From assembly GCA_034421495.1 (NCBI GenBank), contig DAOUKI010000119.1:1-45999 (forward strand): a DNA stretch of 45,999 nucleotides. Reading direction: 5' to 3'. Positions 15,420-24,365 of the stretch are shown piece after piece (within the stretch, counting starts at the first letter, position 1; every line of letters starts with the position of its first letter). The notes under the pieces were generated by a model. It did not search any database and was not told the DNA's origin. It worked only from the letters and a program-made list of their open reading frames with translations. This stretch comes from Dehalococcoidia bacterium (GTDB taxonomy: Bacteria > Chloroflexota > Dehalococcoidia > Lucifugimonadales > QGNO01). Position numbers and translations under genes: made by a program.

Positions 15420-16976
15420 ATGAACAATGATCAGAATGCCGCAAAGCAGATCATCAACCGATTCGGAGGCCAGTCCGCGTTGGCCGGCCTGCTGGGTAAG
15501 CGCCAGAGCACCGTGCAGCACTGGTCCAGGACTGGGAGGATACCCTCCCAGTGGCACGAGAAACTGCTGGGACTCGCCCGTCGGCAGGGAATCGCCCTGG
15601 AACCCAGGGACTTCGTTTCGGCAGGCACGCCCGGCGTAGAGCCGCCGGACGGCAGGCTTGGCGTCCTCCTCGTGGGTCTTGGCGCTGTGTCGTCGACACT
15701 CATCGCCGGCGTCGAGCACATACGGCGCGGCTCCGGTCAGCCCGTAGGCTCCATCAGCCAGATGGCGACCATACGGCTGGGCAAGCGGTCCGACAGAAGG
15801 TCACCCTTCATAAGAGACTTCGTTCCCCTTGCAGGGCTGGACCAACTCGTATTCGGAGCATGGGACCCGATACCGGACAACGCATATGAGTCCGCGGTCA
15901 AGTGCGGCGTCCTGCACAGGTACGAAGAGATAGAGCCGGTCGCAGACTTTCTCAGGACGGTTGAACCGATGGAGGCGGTGTTCTACAACGACTATGTCAA
16001 GCGCATCCAGGGCATCAACGTCAAGTCGTTCGGCAACAAGCTGGAGGCTGTCGATGCCATTCGCGAGGACATTCGCCGGTTCAGGGCGGAGAACGAGTGC
16101 GACAGGCTCGTGATGGTATGGTGCGCTTCTACCGAAATATTCATTATGGAGAGCGAGATACACCAGGACATCGAGAGCTTCGTCGGCGGGCTCCGTGAGA
16201 GCGACGCGAGAATCGCGCCCTCGATGCTCTACGCCTACGCCGCCCTTCTGGAGGGCGTCCCATTCATCAACGGCTCACCGAACCTGTCGGTGGATGTGCC
16301 CGCTCTCGAGAAGCTGGCCAGGGACGAAGGCGTTCCGGTCTGCGGGAAGGACTTCAAGACCGGCCAGACACTCGTCAAGACGGTAATCGGGCCGATGCTC
16401 AAGGCGAGAATGCTCGGGGTGGACGGTTGGTTCTCCACCAACATCCTGGGGAACCGTGACGGGGAGGTACTCGACGAGCCCGAGAACTTCAGAACGAAGG
16501 AGGATTCGAAACTCGGCGTGTTGGAGTACATCCTGCAGCCGGAGATGTACCCTGAGCTCTACTCCGACGCCTATCACAAGGTGCGCATCAACTACTATCC
16601 GCCCCGCGGCGACGCCAAGGAGGGCTGGGACAACATCGACCTGTTCGGATGGCTGCGCCATCCGATGCAACTCAAGATCAACTTCCTCTGCTCGGACTCC
16701 ATCCTCGCCGCGCCGCTGGTGCTGGACCTCATACTCTTCATGGACTTGGCCCAGCGCGCCGGCCTGGCGGGCATACAGGAGTGGCTCTCCTTCTACTTCA
16801 AGAGTCCCCAGCACGCGCCCGCTGTCTATCCTGAGCACGACCTGTTTATCCAGCAGGCCAAGCTCAAGAACACCCTGCGCTGGCTGATGGGCGAGGACCA
16901 GATCACCCATCTGGGCATGGAGTACTACCGCGAGCCGTTCTCCCCGGTTGGCGCAGACCCTTACCTGCCAGCCTGA
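15420..16976 (+). CDS. ino1: myo-Inositol-1-phosphate synthase with an N-terminal Cro/YdaS-like helix-turn-helix extension of about 75-80 aa
   Basis: MIPS body: Rossmann start LGVLLVGLGAVSSTLIAGVEHIRRG, INGSPN, STNILGNRDG, KINFLCSDSILAAPLVLDLILF. N-terminal KQIINRFGGQSALAGLLGKRQSTVQHWSRTGRIPSQWHEKLLGLARRQGI is HTH-like. I prefer ATG 15420 (AGGA 8 nt upstream) over the track's ATG 15369. Both are in the same frame. Confidence 0.85.
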   Translation: MNNDQNAAKQIINRFGGQSALAGLLGKRQSTVQHWSRTGRIPSQWHEKLLGLARRQGIALEPRDFVSAGTPGVEPPDGRLGVLLVGLGAVSSTLIAGVEHIRRGSGQPVGSISQMATIRLGKRSDRRSPFIRDFVPLAGLDQLVFGAWDPIPDNAYESAVKCGVLHRYEEIEPVADFLRTVEPMEAVFYNDYVKRIQGINVKSFGNKLEAVDAIREDIRRFRAENECDRLVMVWCASTEIFIMESEIHQDIESFVGGLRESDARIAPSMLYAYAALLEGVPFINGSPNLSVDVPALEKLARDEGVPVCGKDFKTGQTLVKTVIGPMLKARMLGVDGWFSTNILGNRDGEVLDEPENFRTKEDSKLGVLEYILQPEMYPELYSDAYHKVRINYYPPRGDAKEGWDNIDLFGWLRHPMQLKINFLCSDSILAAPLVLDLILFMDLAQRAGLAGIQEWLSFYFKSPQHAPAVYPEHDLFIQQAKLKNTLRWLMGEDQITHLGMEYYREPFSPVGADPYLPA

Positions 16977-17293
16977 CCCGCTCGCTCTGATGGCTGTGCG
17001 GGCCTCTCGTTCTCAGGTAAATACCGCCGAACACACCTCCGCCAGCCTTGAGTCCGCAGTGGCAGCGCTGATAATGAAGGTACGCACCAGTGGTAGGTTG
17101 GAGACCGCCCTCCGGGAGAGATGGAAGAGCCGTCGGCCCCTTCCTTACATCAGGACCTCCCAGCGAAAAGTTCGCAATTCAGTCTTGGCAGGCCCACTCA
17201 CAGCGGAGTTCAACCTCCCAAAGGCCTGTCGTCAACCGTCGGTGGCCCTTGATGACTCTCTAGGTGAGCTTATGGATGATGCGTCTATGTTAC

Positions 17294-17920
17294 CTACCTC
17301 TTGGCTAGTACCCAGAGATAGGGGACTTCTCGACCCTGCTCCAACTGGCTTTCGATCTCCGTATCAACAAGCTCGAAACCGGCGTCCTGTACAACTCTTC
17401 GCATCGTCTCGGGATCAAATACGCTGAGGAACATGGGAACGCCAAGCCACTGGCCGGTGACATCGTTCACGTCGCCGGCTTCGCAGCTAAACAGCAGCAG
17501 TCCACCCGGCCGCAGCCAGCCGTGGATACGGTTGAGTATTTCGCCATGCTGCTCTCTAGGAAGGTGCTCCAGAGTATAGAAGGAGACCACGGCATCGAAA
17601 GACCCATCAGGGAAGTCCAGCGCTCCCAGGTCTCCGTGGATGAAGTTTCCCTGGGGAACGTTCCGGCGCGCCAGTTCTACCTGAACGTTGGATATGTCCA
17701 CACCGGTAATCCGGTGAAGCCTGGCGATCTCAATGTCCGCCGGGTCGCCGGATCCGCAGCCCAGGTCAAGGACGGCACTCCCAGGGTCCAGTCTGACTAG
17801 TACCTTCCCCAGCCATTTCATCCGGGGCCACTTACTGTCGCCTTCAAGGCGTGAGTACGCCTCGGCTACTTGGTCGTAGCCTTCCTCGACTAGCGTCTTG
17901 GGACTCTCAGGCATATCCAA
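17294..17920 (-). CDS. Class I SAM-dependent methyltransferase
   Basis: Motif I VLDLGCGSGDP, then ITGVDIS and the FDAVVSFYTLEHL...LRPGGLLLFS post-I/II/III pattern. 208 aa. Confidence 0.85.
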   Translation of the reverse strand: MDMPESPKTLVEEGYDQVAEAYSRLEGDSKWPRMKWLGKVLVRLDPGSAVLDLGCGSGDPADIEIARLHRITGVDISNVQVELARRNVPQGNFIHGDLGALDFPDGSFDAVVSFYTLEHLPREQHGEILNRIHGWLRPGGLLLFSCEAGDVNDVTGQWLGVPMFLSVFDPETMRRVVQDAGFELVDTEIESQLEQGREVPYLWVLAKR

Positions 17921-18031
17921 CCCATGATACTACGAAAGCGGAACCGGTAGAGGTGGATAATAGGGTCGCATGCAATATAATTAATGTAACAACTGTTGAG
18001 GTTGGCTCTGAACGTCCCAGGAAGGAAAACT

Positions 18032-19546
18032 TTGAGTAGACTCTTGAGTCATTTCGGATTGCTGTTGGCCGTGGTTATGGCGGCTGTTGCTGTTGCCTGT
18101 TCCGGTACGGAAGAACCTACCGTGCCGGCAGAAGGGACGCCGACGGCTTCACCTACACAGACCCCAACGGCTGCGCCGACTCCCGCCACGGGCTACGACT
18201 CCACCGAGAACATGTTCCGGCTCTTCTCAGGCCGTGACCACAATCCCTTCGACACGCACGAGGCCATCGCGCTTGCTATCTTCCACAAAGACAAGTCGAT
18301 GGTCCCGGTGATGATAGAGACGTTCCGATTCTTCTTTGGGGACGATGACATACTAGAGGAGCTCAATGGTGGCCTCTCGGCGATAACGGGCCAGGAGTTA
18401 AGGGATAACTACCGCGCCTGGGATGAGTGGATGGAGTGGTTGGGCAATAACGCCGACGAATACAACCCGCCCGACGGTTACGTGCAGTGGAAGAGCGAGA
18501 TCATGAGCCTGATTGACCCCAGGTTCGCCGAGTTTCTGGAACCTGCGGCGCAAGGCTCGCGAATAAACGTGTTCGAAATCGCGTGGGGAGGAGTCCGGCC
18601 GGACGGGATCCCGGACCTTCAAAACGCCCCGGTCGTTTCGGCGGGGGAGCAGGACTATTTGCTGCCGGGCGACCGGGTCTTCGGCGTGTCCATCAACGGA
18701 GAGCACAGGGCGTACCCGCTCCGCATTGTGAACGCCCACGAAATGGCCAATGATGTGTTGGGCGGTGAACCCATCGCCCTGGCTTACTGAACGCTCTGCG
18801 GCAGCGGAATAGTGTATTCCGCCAGGATCAACGGAGAGCCAACCACCTTTGGCACGTCGGGGATGCTATATCGCAGCAACAAGGTCATGTACGACCGGCT
18901 GACCAACTCGCTGTGGAACCATCTCACCATGGAGCCGGTCATAGGTCCGCTGTGGGACTCCGGGATAAAGCTGGACTTCTTCCCGGTTATGCTCACGACG
19001 TGGCAGGAGTGGCTGGAGCTTCATCCCGATACTACGGTGCTGGCCCAGGAGACGGGCCTCTATCCCGCAGAATTCTACGTCCCGGAGGAGAACCCCCAGG
19101 CCATCTACTACAGGTATTTCAACTCGCCTGAGACTATGTTCCCGGTGCCGCAACGCGATGACCGGCTTGAAACAAAGGACATAGTGCTAGGGGTTCAGCT
19201 GAACGAGAGCTACAAGGCCTACTTCTCCGACGCGCTGCGGAGGAACCGCATAGTCAACGATGTGGTGGGAGGAGAGGAGATAGTGGTGCTGGGATCGGGC
19301 GGAAGCGAGGGCGCGAGGGCGTACTACCGCGGAGGCAGGTCGTTCAAACTGGCGTCGGACGGCGGCGACTCCGGCATACCGTCTGTGATAGTGGACGCCG
19401 CGGGCGGGACATGGGAGGTGACCGAGGAGTTTCTGGTCAACACGGCAGACAAATCGGAGAAGCTGGCGCGGATACCCACCCACATGTCGTTCTGGTTCGC
19501 ATGGTTCCAGTTCCATCCGGATACCGAGTTGTACGCGGAGCCCTAA
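18032..19546 (+). CDS. DUF3179-family lipoprotein, candidate selenoprotein (in-frame TGA 18788-18790 read as Sec in a U-T-L-C motif)
   Basis: Track ORFs 17996..18790 and 18812..19546 share one frame. Only the TGA and 7 sense codons (ACG CTC TGC GGC AGC GGA ATA) separate them. The joined sequence ...GGEPIALAY-U-TLCGSGIVYSARINGEPTTFGTSGMLYRSNKVMYDRLTNSLWNHL... matches the DUF3179 core as I remember it (YCPLCG...FG.SG.LY.SN.VMYD..T.SLW), with the TGA at the first Cys. The likely start is TTG 18032 after GGAAGGA, giving the signal peptide MSRLLSHFGLLLAVVMAAVAVAC with a lipobox-like VAVAC. The track's TTG 17996 is the alternative start. Confidence 0.7.
18804..18822 (+). promoter_or_regulatory. Candidate bacterial SECIS hairpin (GCGGAAUA-GUG-UAUUCCGC)
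   Basis: Perfect 8-bp inverted repeat with a GUG apex. It starts 13 nt after the UGA, and the apex is about 22-24 nt after it, inside the distance range described for bacterial SECIS elements. CUG (18796-18798) and CAG (18823-18825) could extend the stem across a bulge. Not folded computationally. Confidence 0.45.
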
Positions 19547-19574
19547 CCCGGGGCAAGCTCGGTAGGGGCGGTTG

Positions 19575-20270
19575 TTAGCTCACGTTGGTAATCACGCCGT
19601 CTGACATGGTCAGGACGCGACTGCAGACCTCACTCACTCTGGTGTCGTGGGTCACCAGGACAATCGTCTGCCCAAGCTCCCGGTTGAACTGTTGGAGGAG
19701 GGCCATGACCTCTTTCGTGTTTTCCGAATCGAGGTTCCCGGTAGGTTCGTCCGCCAGCAGTAGGGCAGGCTTGGTGACCAGCGCCCGCGCTATGGCGACG
19801 CGCTGCTGTTGCCCCCCTGAAAGCTCCGTAGGCCTGTGCGCCGAGCGTTCCTCCAAGCCCACCAGCTTGAGAGCTTCCGCCGCTGCGGCCTTGGCCTCAC
19901 GCCTTTGCCAGCCTGCATACTCGGCGGGAAGAGCGACGTTCTCCAGCGCGGTGAGGACTGGCACCAGGTTGAACTCTTGAAACACAAAGCCCATCCGTTT
20001 CGCGCGCATCTGGGTGCGCTCGCGGTCGCTCAGCCCGGTGACGTTGCTGCCGTCGATAACCAGGCTCGGCGGCGGACTCGTCTTCCGGTCAGCGGAATGC
20101 AACAGACCCAGGATGTGCATCAACGTGCTCTTGCCGCAGCCGGACGGTCCCATGATGCCCACCATCTCGCCGGCTTCCACCGAAATGTCAATGCCGCGAA
20201 GAGCGCGTACAACGTTGTTGCGGTTTAGCCGGTACGTCTTGTGAAGGTTGTGTGCTTCCAAAAAGGCCAT
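19575..20270 (-). CDS. ABC transporter ATP-binding protein (MacB/LolD-type)
   Basis: Walker A GPSGCGKSTLM, Q-loop, signature LSGGQQQRVAIARAL, Walker B LLLADEPTGNLD, H-loop VTHD. Confidence 0.92.
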   Translation of the reverse strand: MAFLEAHNLHKTYRLNRNNVVRALRGIDISVEAGEMVGIMGPSGCGKSTLMHILGLLHSADRKTSPPPSLVIDGSNVTGLSDRERTQMRAKRMGFVFQEFNLVPVLTALENVALPAEYAGWQRREAKAAAAEALKLVGLEERSAHRPTELSGGQQQRVAIARALVTKPALLLADEPTGNLDSENTKEVMALLQQFNRELGQTIVLVTHDTRVSEVCSRVLTMSDGVITNVS

Positions 20271-20271
20271 A

Positions 20272-21441
20272 CTAGCCGTACCTCAGCGCTTCCACGGGGT
20301 CCAGACGGGCTGCCTTCCAGGCGGGGAGCAGACCGGCCAGCGCTCCGAGGATTGTCGAGAAAGTCACGCCCAGTGCTGCAATCCAGGGAGTTAACCGGAA
20401 CAGTATGATCCCGGAAACCTGGCCGGCGTCGTTGGCGAAGTAGACGACAATACCGGCAAGGCCCAGTCCGGTCAATCCGCCAACAAAGCCCATGACTCCC
20501 GCCTCCCAAACCAGTTCTTGCATGATCCTACGCCTTGTCGCGCCGATGGCCCTCTTGATGCCGATCTCCCGGGTGCGCTCTGCGACACTTATGGTCATGG
20601 TGTTGATAACGGAGAGACCTCCAACCACCACGCTGATCAAGGCCACACTGAGGATGATGGCGTTGAAGATAGCGATGGTAGACCCAAACTGCTCGTCGAA
20701 GTCTTCACCGGAAGCAGCCCGTAATCCTGGAAACCTCGTTTCAATGGCCTGAATCAGGGAGTCTTTGTCGGCTCCTGCTTCGGGGTACACCAGCACCATC
20801 GACGTCAGCTCTTGGTCGGTTGGATCCACATCCAATGGAACAGCTCTGTCACGGGCCATCATCTCCTGTCCCGCGGTCCAAGGGATGATGGCGGTTGTGT
20901 CAAAGAACGTCAATGTCGGCTCCAGCACGCCAATGACTTCGAATGGAACGCCCCGTATGTCAAAAGTGTCGCCTGGATTGGTGTCAAACTTTCTGGCTAT
21001 GTCCGCGCCCAGAACAACTACTCGCTGCCCCTCATCCTCTAGAGTGGTCTCCCGTCCCTGTGCAATCTCTGTGCTAAACGTCTCATATCCCAAGTCGGAG
21101 CCGGCTCTGTAAGCGACGACAAAGTCCGGCGTGACAAAGCCGGAACCACTGTCATTAGGGTCAAGGAGGAACTGCACCCGCGGCGCTGCGACCGCCACTC
21201 CCTCGATTTGAGCAATTCGTTCAACCACGCTGGCTGACATGGGGGTCAGGCCGAAACCAAAGGCGGGATTCGTCACATCGCTGACCAGGATCTTGTTGTC
21301 GAAGTAGGTGGAGCCAACGTCCACTATGGCTGTGAGTTTGTTGGCCATGGCGCTCATGACTATGAGCGTCCAAATGCCCACCGCAATGCCGAGGACGGTT
21401 AGCGAGGTTCGTAGCTTCCGGCGCGCCAGACTGCGGAGCAA
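20272..21441 (-). CDS. ABC transporter permease, FtsX/MacB-like
   Basis: The stop lies 1 nt upstream of the ATPase start. N-terminal TM (LRTSLTVLGIAVGIWTLIV), a large extracytoplasmic domain, then a C-terminal 3-TM FtsX-type bundle containing EIGIKRAIGATRRRIMQ. Confidence 0.88.
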   Translation of the reverse strand: MLRSLARRKLRTSLTVLGIAVGIWTLIVMSAMANKLTAIVDVGSTYFDNKILVSDVTNPAFGFGLTPMSASVVERIAQIEGVAVAAPRVQFLLDPNDSGSGFVTPDFVVAYRAGSDLGYETFSTEIAQGRETTLEDEGQRVVVLGADIARKFDTNPGDTFDIRGVPFEVIGVLEPTLTFFDTTAIIPWTAGQEMMARDRAVPLDVDPTDQELTSMVLVYPEAGADKDSLIQAIETRFPGLRAASGEDFDEQFGSTIAIFNAIILSVALISVVVGGLSVINTMTISVAERTREIGIKRAIGATRRRIMQELVWEAGVMGFVGGLTGLGLAGIVVYFANDAGQVSGIILFRLTPWIAALGVTFSTILGALAGLLPAWKAARLDPVEALRYG

Positions 21442-21671
21442 GCGTCGTACCCTCCTGAGGCGAAAGAAGAGAGCTTTTATTGATTCTTGTAAGCAATTTC
21501 TGGCCGTGCCTACGGCTGGAAGCCTACAATGTATATTTTATCACAAAGACTGGGCACGTTAAGAGCAATGGCTCAGGGACTCTCCCTGTTGAATACATTG
21601 GTCAGGTATAATGATTTGCGCAGGAATCCCACATGGCCTCTGACAGACTCTAGCTTGCAAAAGGATATCGT

Positions 21672-23411
21672 ATGGAAACAATCAAGCGCAGACCCCTATT
21701 CTTTAGCGCTATCGCCTTTTTACTGACCGCCGTTGTCGTGATCGTCCTCGCAGTTGTCATTCTCTCCAACCCTGCGTCCGACGACGAAAGGACGCTAACC
21801 CTGGTCTACTGGCAGGCTCCTTCCATGGCCAACCCCTATCTTTCCGGTGGATTCAAGGACCGAGACGCGGGATCGATTACCCTGGAACCGCTGGCCAAGT
21901 ACGATCCCGACGGCGCTCTGGTCCCGGCGCTTGTCGCGGAAATCCCGACCCTGCAGAACGGGGGCATCTCCTCTGATCTGACCTCCATCACGTGGAGGCT
22001 CAGGGACAACCTCAAGTGGTCGGACGGCAGCGGCCTCACCGCCCATGACGCGGTCTTCACTTGGCAATACTGCATAGATGAAGCCACGGGGTGTACTGCC
22101 AGCAGCTCCTTTGCAGACGTAACCTCCGTCGAGGCTTTGGACGACCGGACAGTGAAAGTCACCTTCCACGCTCCCACACCGTATCCCTACAGCACCTTCG
22201 TTGGCACGGGAGTCCCAATCCTCAGCAGGGCACAGTTCGGCGACTGCATCGGCGCGGCTGCCGCAGGTTGCGACGATGAGAACTACGCGCCCTTGGGCCC
22301 GGGGCCGTACCGCATCGTAGAGTTCCTGCCCGATGAGAGGGCCGTCTACAAGCGCAACCCTCACTACTACGGCGAGACACCCTATTTCAAGCGCGTCGTC
22401 CTTGAGGGTGGCGGCGACGCCCTCTCCGCCGCCGAGGCCGTTCTCCGAGACGATAAAGTCGACTACGCTTGGAACCTCCAGATAGCCCCAGAGACACTCG
22501 CCGGTCTGGAGGCTGGCGGCAAGGGGAAGGTGGTCTCCGCATTCTCAAGTCTGGTGGAGCGCATAGTCCTGAACCAGACCAACGCCGACCCTGGTCTTGG
22601 AGATAACCGTTCCGAGTACCTGGACGGCACAAATTCCCATCCCTTCCTCACCTTCCCACCCATACCCCAAGCTATGTCCATGGCCATCGACCGCAGCCTG
22701 ATTTCGGAGCGTCTGTACGGGTTTGCCGGCGAGCCTACGTGTAATCTCATCGTTGGCCCTCCGGCTTACATCTCCACTGCCAACGACGGCTGTCTTACCC
22801 AGGACATCGACGGCGCCAATAAGCTGCTCGACGACAACGGTGTGATCGACACGGACGGAGACGGCGTCCGCGAATACAACGGCGTCCCCCTACGCATCAG
22901 CTACCAGACCTCAACCAACGAGGTCCGGCAGGAGACCCAGGCCATGGTCAAGGACTGGTGGGCGCAAATCGGTATCGAGACTGAGATCATCCACCATAAC
23001 GCTGCCGCCTTCTTTGGAGGCGACCCCGTGGACGACAAAGAGCAGGTCTACGTCCGCTTCTTCGCGGATGTTCAGATGTACGCCACCGGCCCTGACATCG
23101 ACCCTCAGCAGTATCTTGTTGGCTTGACCTGCGACGAGATCCCGGACGCGGACAACAACTGGGGCGGAGGCAACGTTGCCCGGGCCTGCGCTCCTGACTT
23201 CGATGAACTGGTCGAGGAACTTGCGCACACCCCTATCGGCCCCGACCGCACCGATCTTGTCAAACGCATGAACGACGTACTGGTGCAGGGCTACTACGAG
23301 CTTCCCCTGGTGAACCGGGGCTTGGTCTCTGCCCACTCGAACCTCCTTATGGGGGTGCGCATGAATGGCTGGGACAGCGAGCTTTGGAACATCGCCGAGT
23401 GGCGCCGTTGA
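21672..23411 (+). CDS. ABC transporter substrate-binding protein, family 5 (peptide/nickel-type), with an N-terminal TM anchor
   Basis: 579 aa. N-terminal hydrophobic LFFSAIAFLLTAVVVIVLAVVIL. Family-5 style core (LVYWQAPSMANPY..., WSDGSGLTAHDAVFTW, GPYRIVEF...YKRNPHYYG). No cognate Opp/Dpp permease genes are adjacent. Confidence 0.85.
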   Translation: METIKRRPLFFSAIAFLLTAVVVIVLAVVILSNPASDDERTLTLVYWQAPSMANPYLSGGFKDRDAGSITLEPLAKYDPDGALVPALVAEIPTLQNGGISSDLTSITWRLRDNLKWSDGSGLTAHDAVFTWQYCIDEATGCTASSSFADVTSVEALDDRTVKVTFHAPTPYPYSTFVGTGVPILSRAQFGDCIGAAAAGCDDENYAPLGPGPYRIVEFLPDERAVYKRNPHYYGETPYFKRVVLEGGGDALSAAEAVLRDDKVDYAWNLQIAPETLAGLEAGGKGKVVSAFSSLVERIVLNQTNADPGLGDNRSEYLDGTNSHPFLTFPPIPQAMSMAIDRSLISERLYGFAGEPTCNLIVGPPAYISTANDGCLTQDIDGANKLLDDNGVIDTDGDGVREYNGVPLRISYQTSTNEVRQETQAMVKDWWAQIGIETEIIHHNAAAFFGGDPVDDKEQVYVRFFADVQMYATGPDIDPQQYLVGLTCDEIPDADNNWGGGNVARACAPDFDELVEELAHTPIGPDRTDLVKRMNDVLVQGYYELPLVNRGLVSAHSNLLMGVRMNGWDSELWNIAEWRR

Positions 23412-23460
23412 TTTAGCTGAATGAGTGGAACCAGCGAGCGGTCAAAGGTGCCGCGCGGTT

Positions 23461-24285
23461 CTACAGAACCTGGATGTCGAGGCGACAGTGATCGCTGGGG
23501 CCCCACTCGTCGGGTGTGTTGAGAGCGTGGATCTGCACCCTTTCCGCAAGGCCGCGAGATGCAAATACGAAGTCCAGTTGGCGGGTGGCCGATGCGGGCG
23601 ACTGCTGGGTGGAGTGGTAGGTGGGAACGTTCAGACTGTCCTTGGGAAGCTCCTCGGGCCAAGGGTCGGCCTGCCGACCGTGTGGTGCCTGTGGCCCGCA
23701 AAACTCCAGTCCCAAGGCCTCCATTCTGGTGAACACCGACCGGTAACGCTCTGCCCAGTACGGGCTGCCGTACTCACCATAGCCATGAAGGATGTTCAGG
23801 TCTCCGGCGGCAATGATGCGGTGGGCGCTTTGATAGCCTATAAGCTCGGACAAGTCAGAGACGATGCGGTGGGCGGAGCCGTCGGACATAATCCAGCTGC
23901 CGCCTACCATTTCGTGGGGATACCTCCACTGGGAGTACATGGAGAGCAGGATGATGGGGTCGGCGTCCGGTGAGGTTACCTTGGCGGCCACCAATGATCC
24001 TGGCAGGCTGACGGCGAACTCGCTGGGAGTGGCATCAGGCAGAGGCCTTGAGTGTATCCATTGAACGCCAACCTGGTTGGAGAACTTAGCAATTGCCGCC
24101 CGCCATCGCTGGGGCGTGGCATAACCGCCGGTTATCTCCCAGGGCGCCGGGTCAACCTCAACCCTCCCGGCCACGTCGGGAGGCGGCTCCGCGGCCTCTT
24201 GCAGTAGGGCCAGATCCACATCCATGTCAGCAAGAACGCGCCACGGCTTGTCTCTCCTGGCGATGTTCCAAGATATGATTCGCAT
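23461..24285 (-). CDS. Endonuclease/exonuclease/phosphatase (EEP) family protein
   Basis: EEP catalytic landmarks appear in order: MRIISWNI (Asn), DLALLQE (Glu), AAGDLN (Asp/Asn), GPSDHC (Asp-His). 274 aa. Confidence 0.8.
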   Translation of the reverse strand: MRIISWNIARRDKPWRVLADMDVDLALLQEAAEPPPDVAGRVEVDPAPWEITGGYATPQRWRAAIAKFSNQVGVQWIHSRPLPDATPSEFAVSLPGSLVAAKVTSPDADPIILLSMYSQWRYPHEMVGGSWIMSDGSAHRIVSDLSELIGYQSAHRIIAAGDLNILHGYGEYGSPYWAERYRSVFTRMEALGLEFCGPQAPHGRQADPWPEELPKDSLNVPTYHSTQQSPASATRQLDFVFASRGLAERVQIHALNTPDEWGPSDHCRLDIQVL

Positions 24286-24365
24286 TGAATCCTCCCACGA
24301 AGGCGTCTACTATAGCAGGCCTGGGCAGTACAGCACGGGCAGCGCTACTGCTAGGCTACTGCACG

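Noticed and set aside
684-15422. Near-identical start contexts, taggatagcggcATG (giant gene) and taggatagccgccATG (HTH-MIPS gene), as a shared regulatory motif
   Set aside because: The shared part is essentially an SD (AGGA) plus spacer. Two occurrences are not enough to call a motif, and chance similarity is likely.
16948-17427. 159-aa plus-strand ORF and the 317-nt spacer (16977-17293) between the convergent MIPS and methyltransferase genes, considered as a small gene, ncRNA or gene remnant
   Set aside because: The ORF overlaps both flanking genes and has an implausible composition. I could not see a tRNA-like cloverleaf, a strong terminator or any known RNA motif in the spacer. It remains unexplained, not positively annotated.
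17996-19546. DUF3179 gene as a pseudogene (nonsense or frameshift-disrupted), as the split in the ORF track would suggest
   Set aside because: Both parts are in the same frame with no other lesion. The single TGA sits exactly where the family's conserved CxxC starts, and a perfect hairpin follows at the right distance. Pseudogenisation remains the fallback if no Sec machinery exists in the genome.
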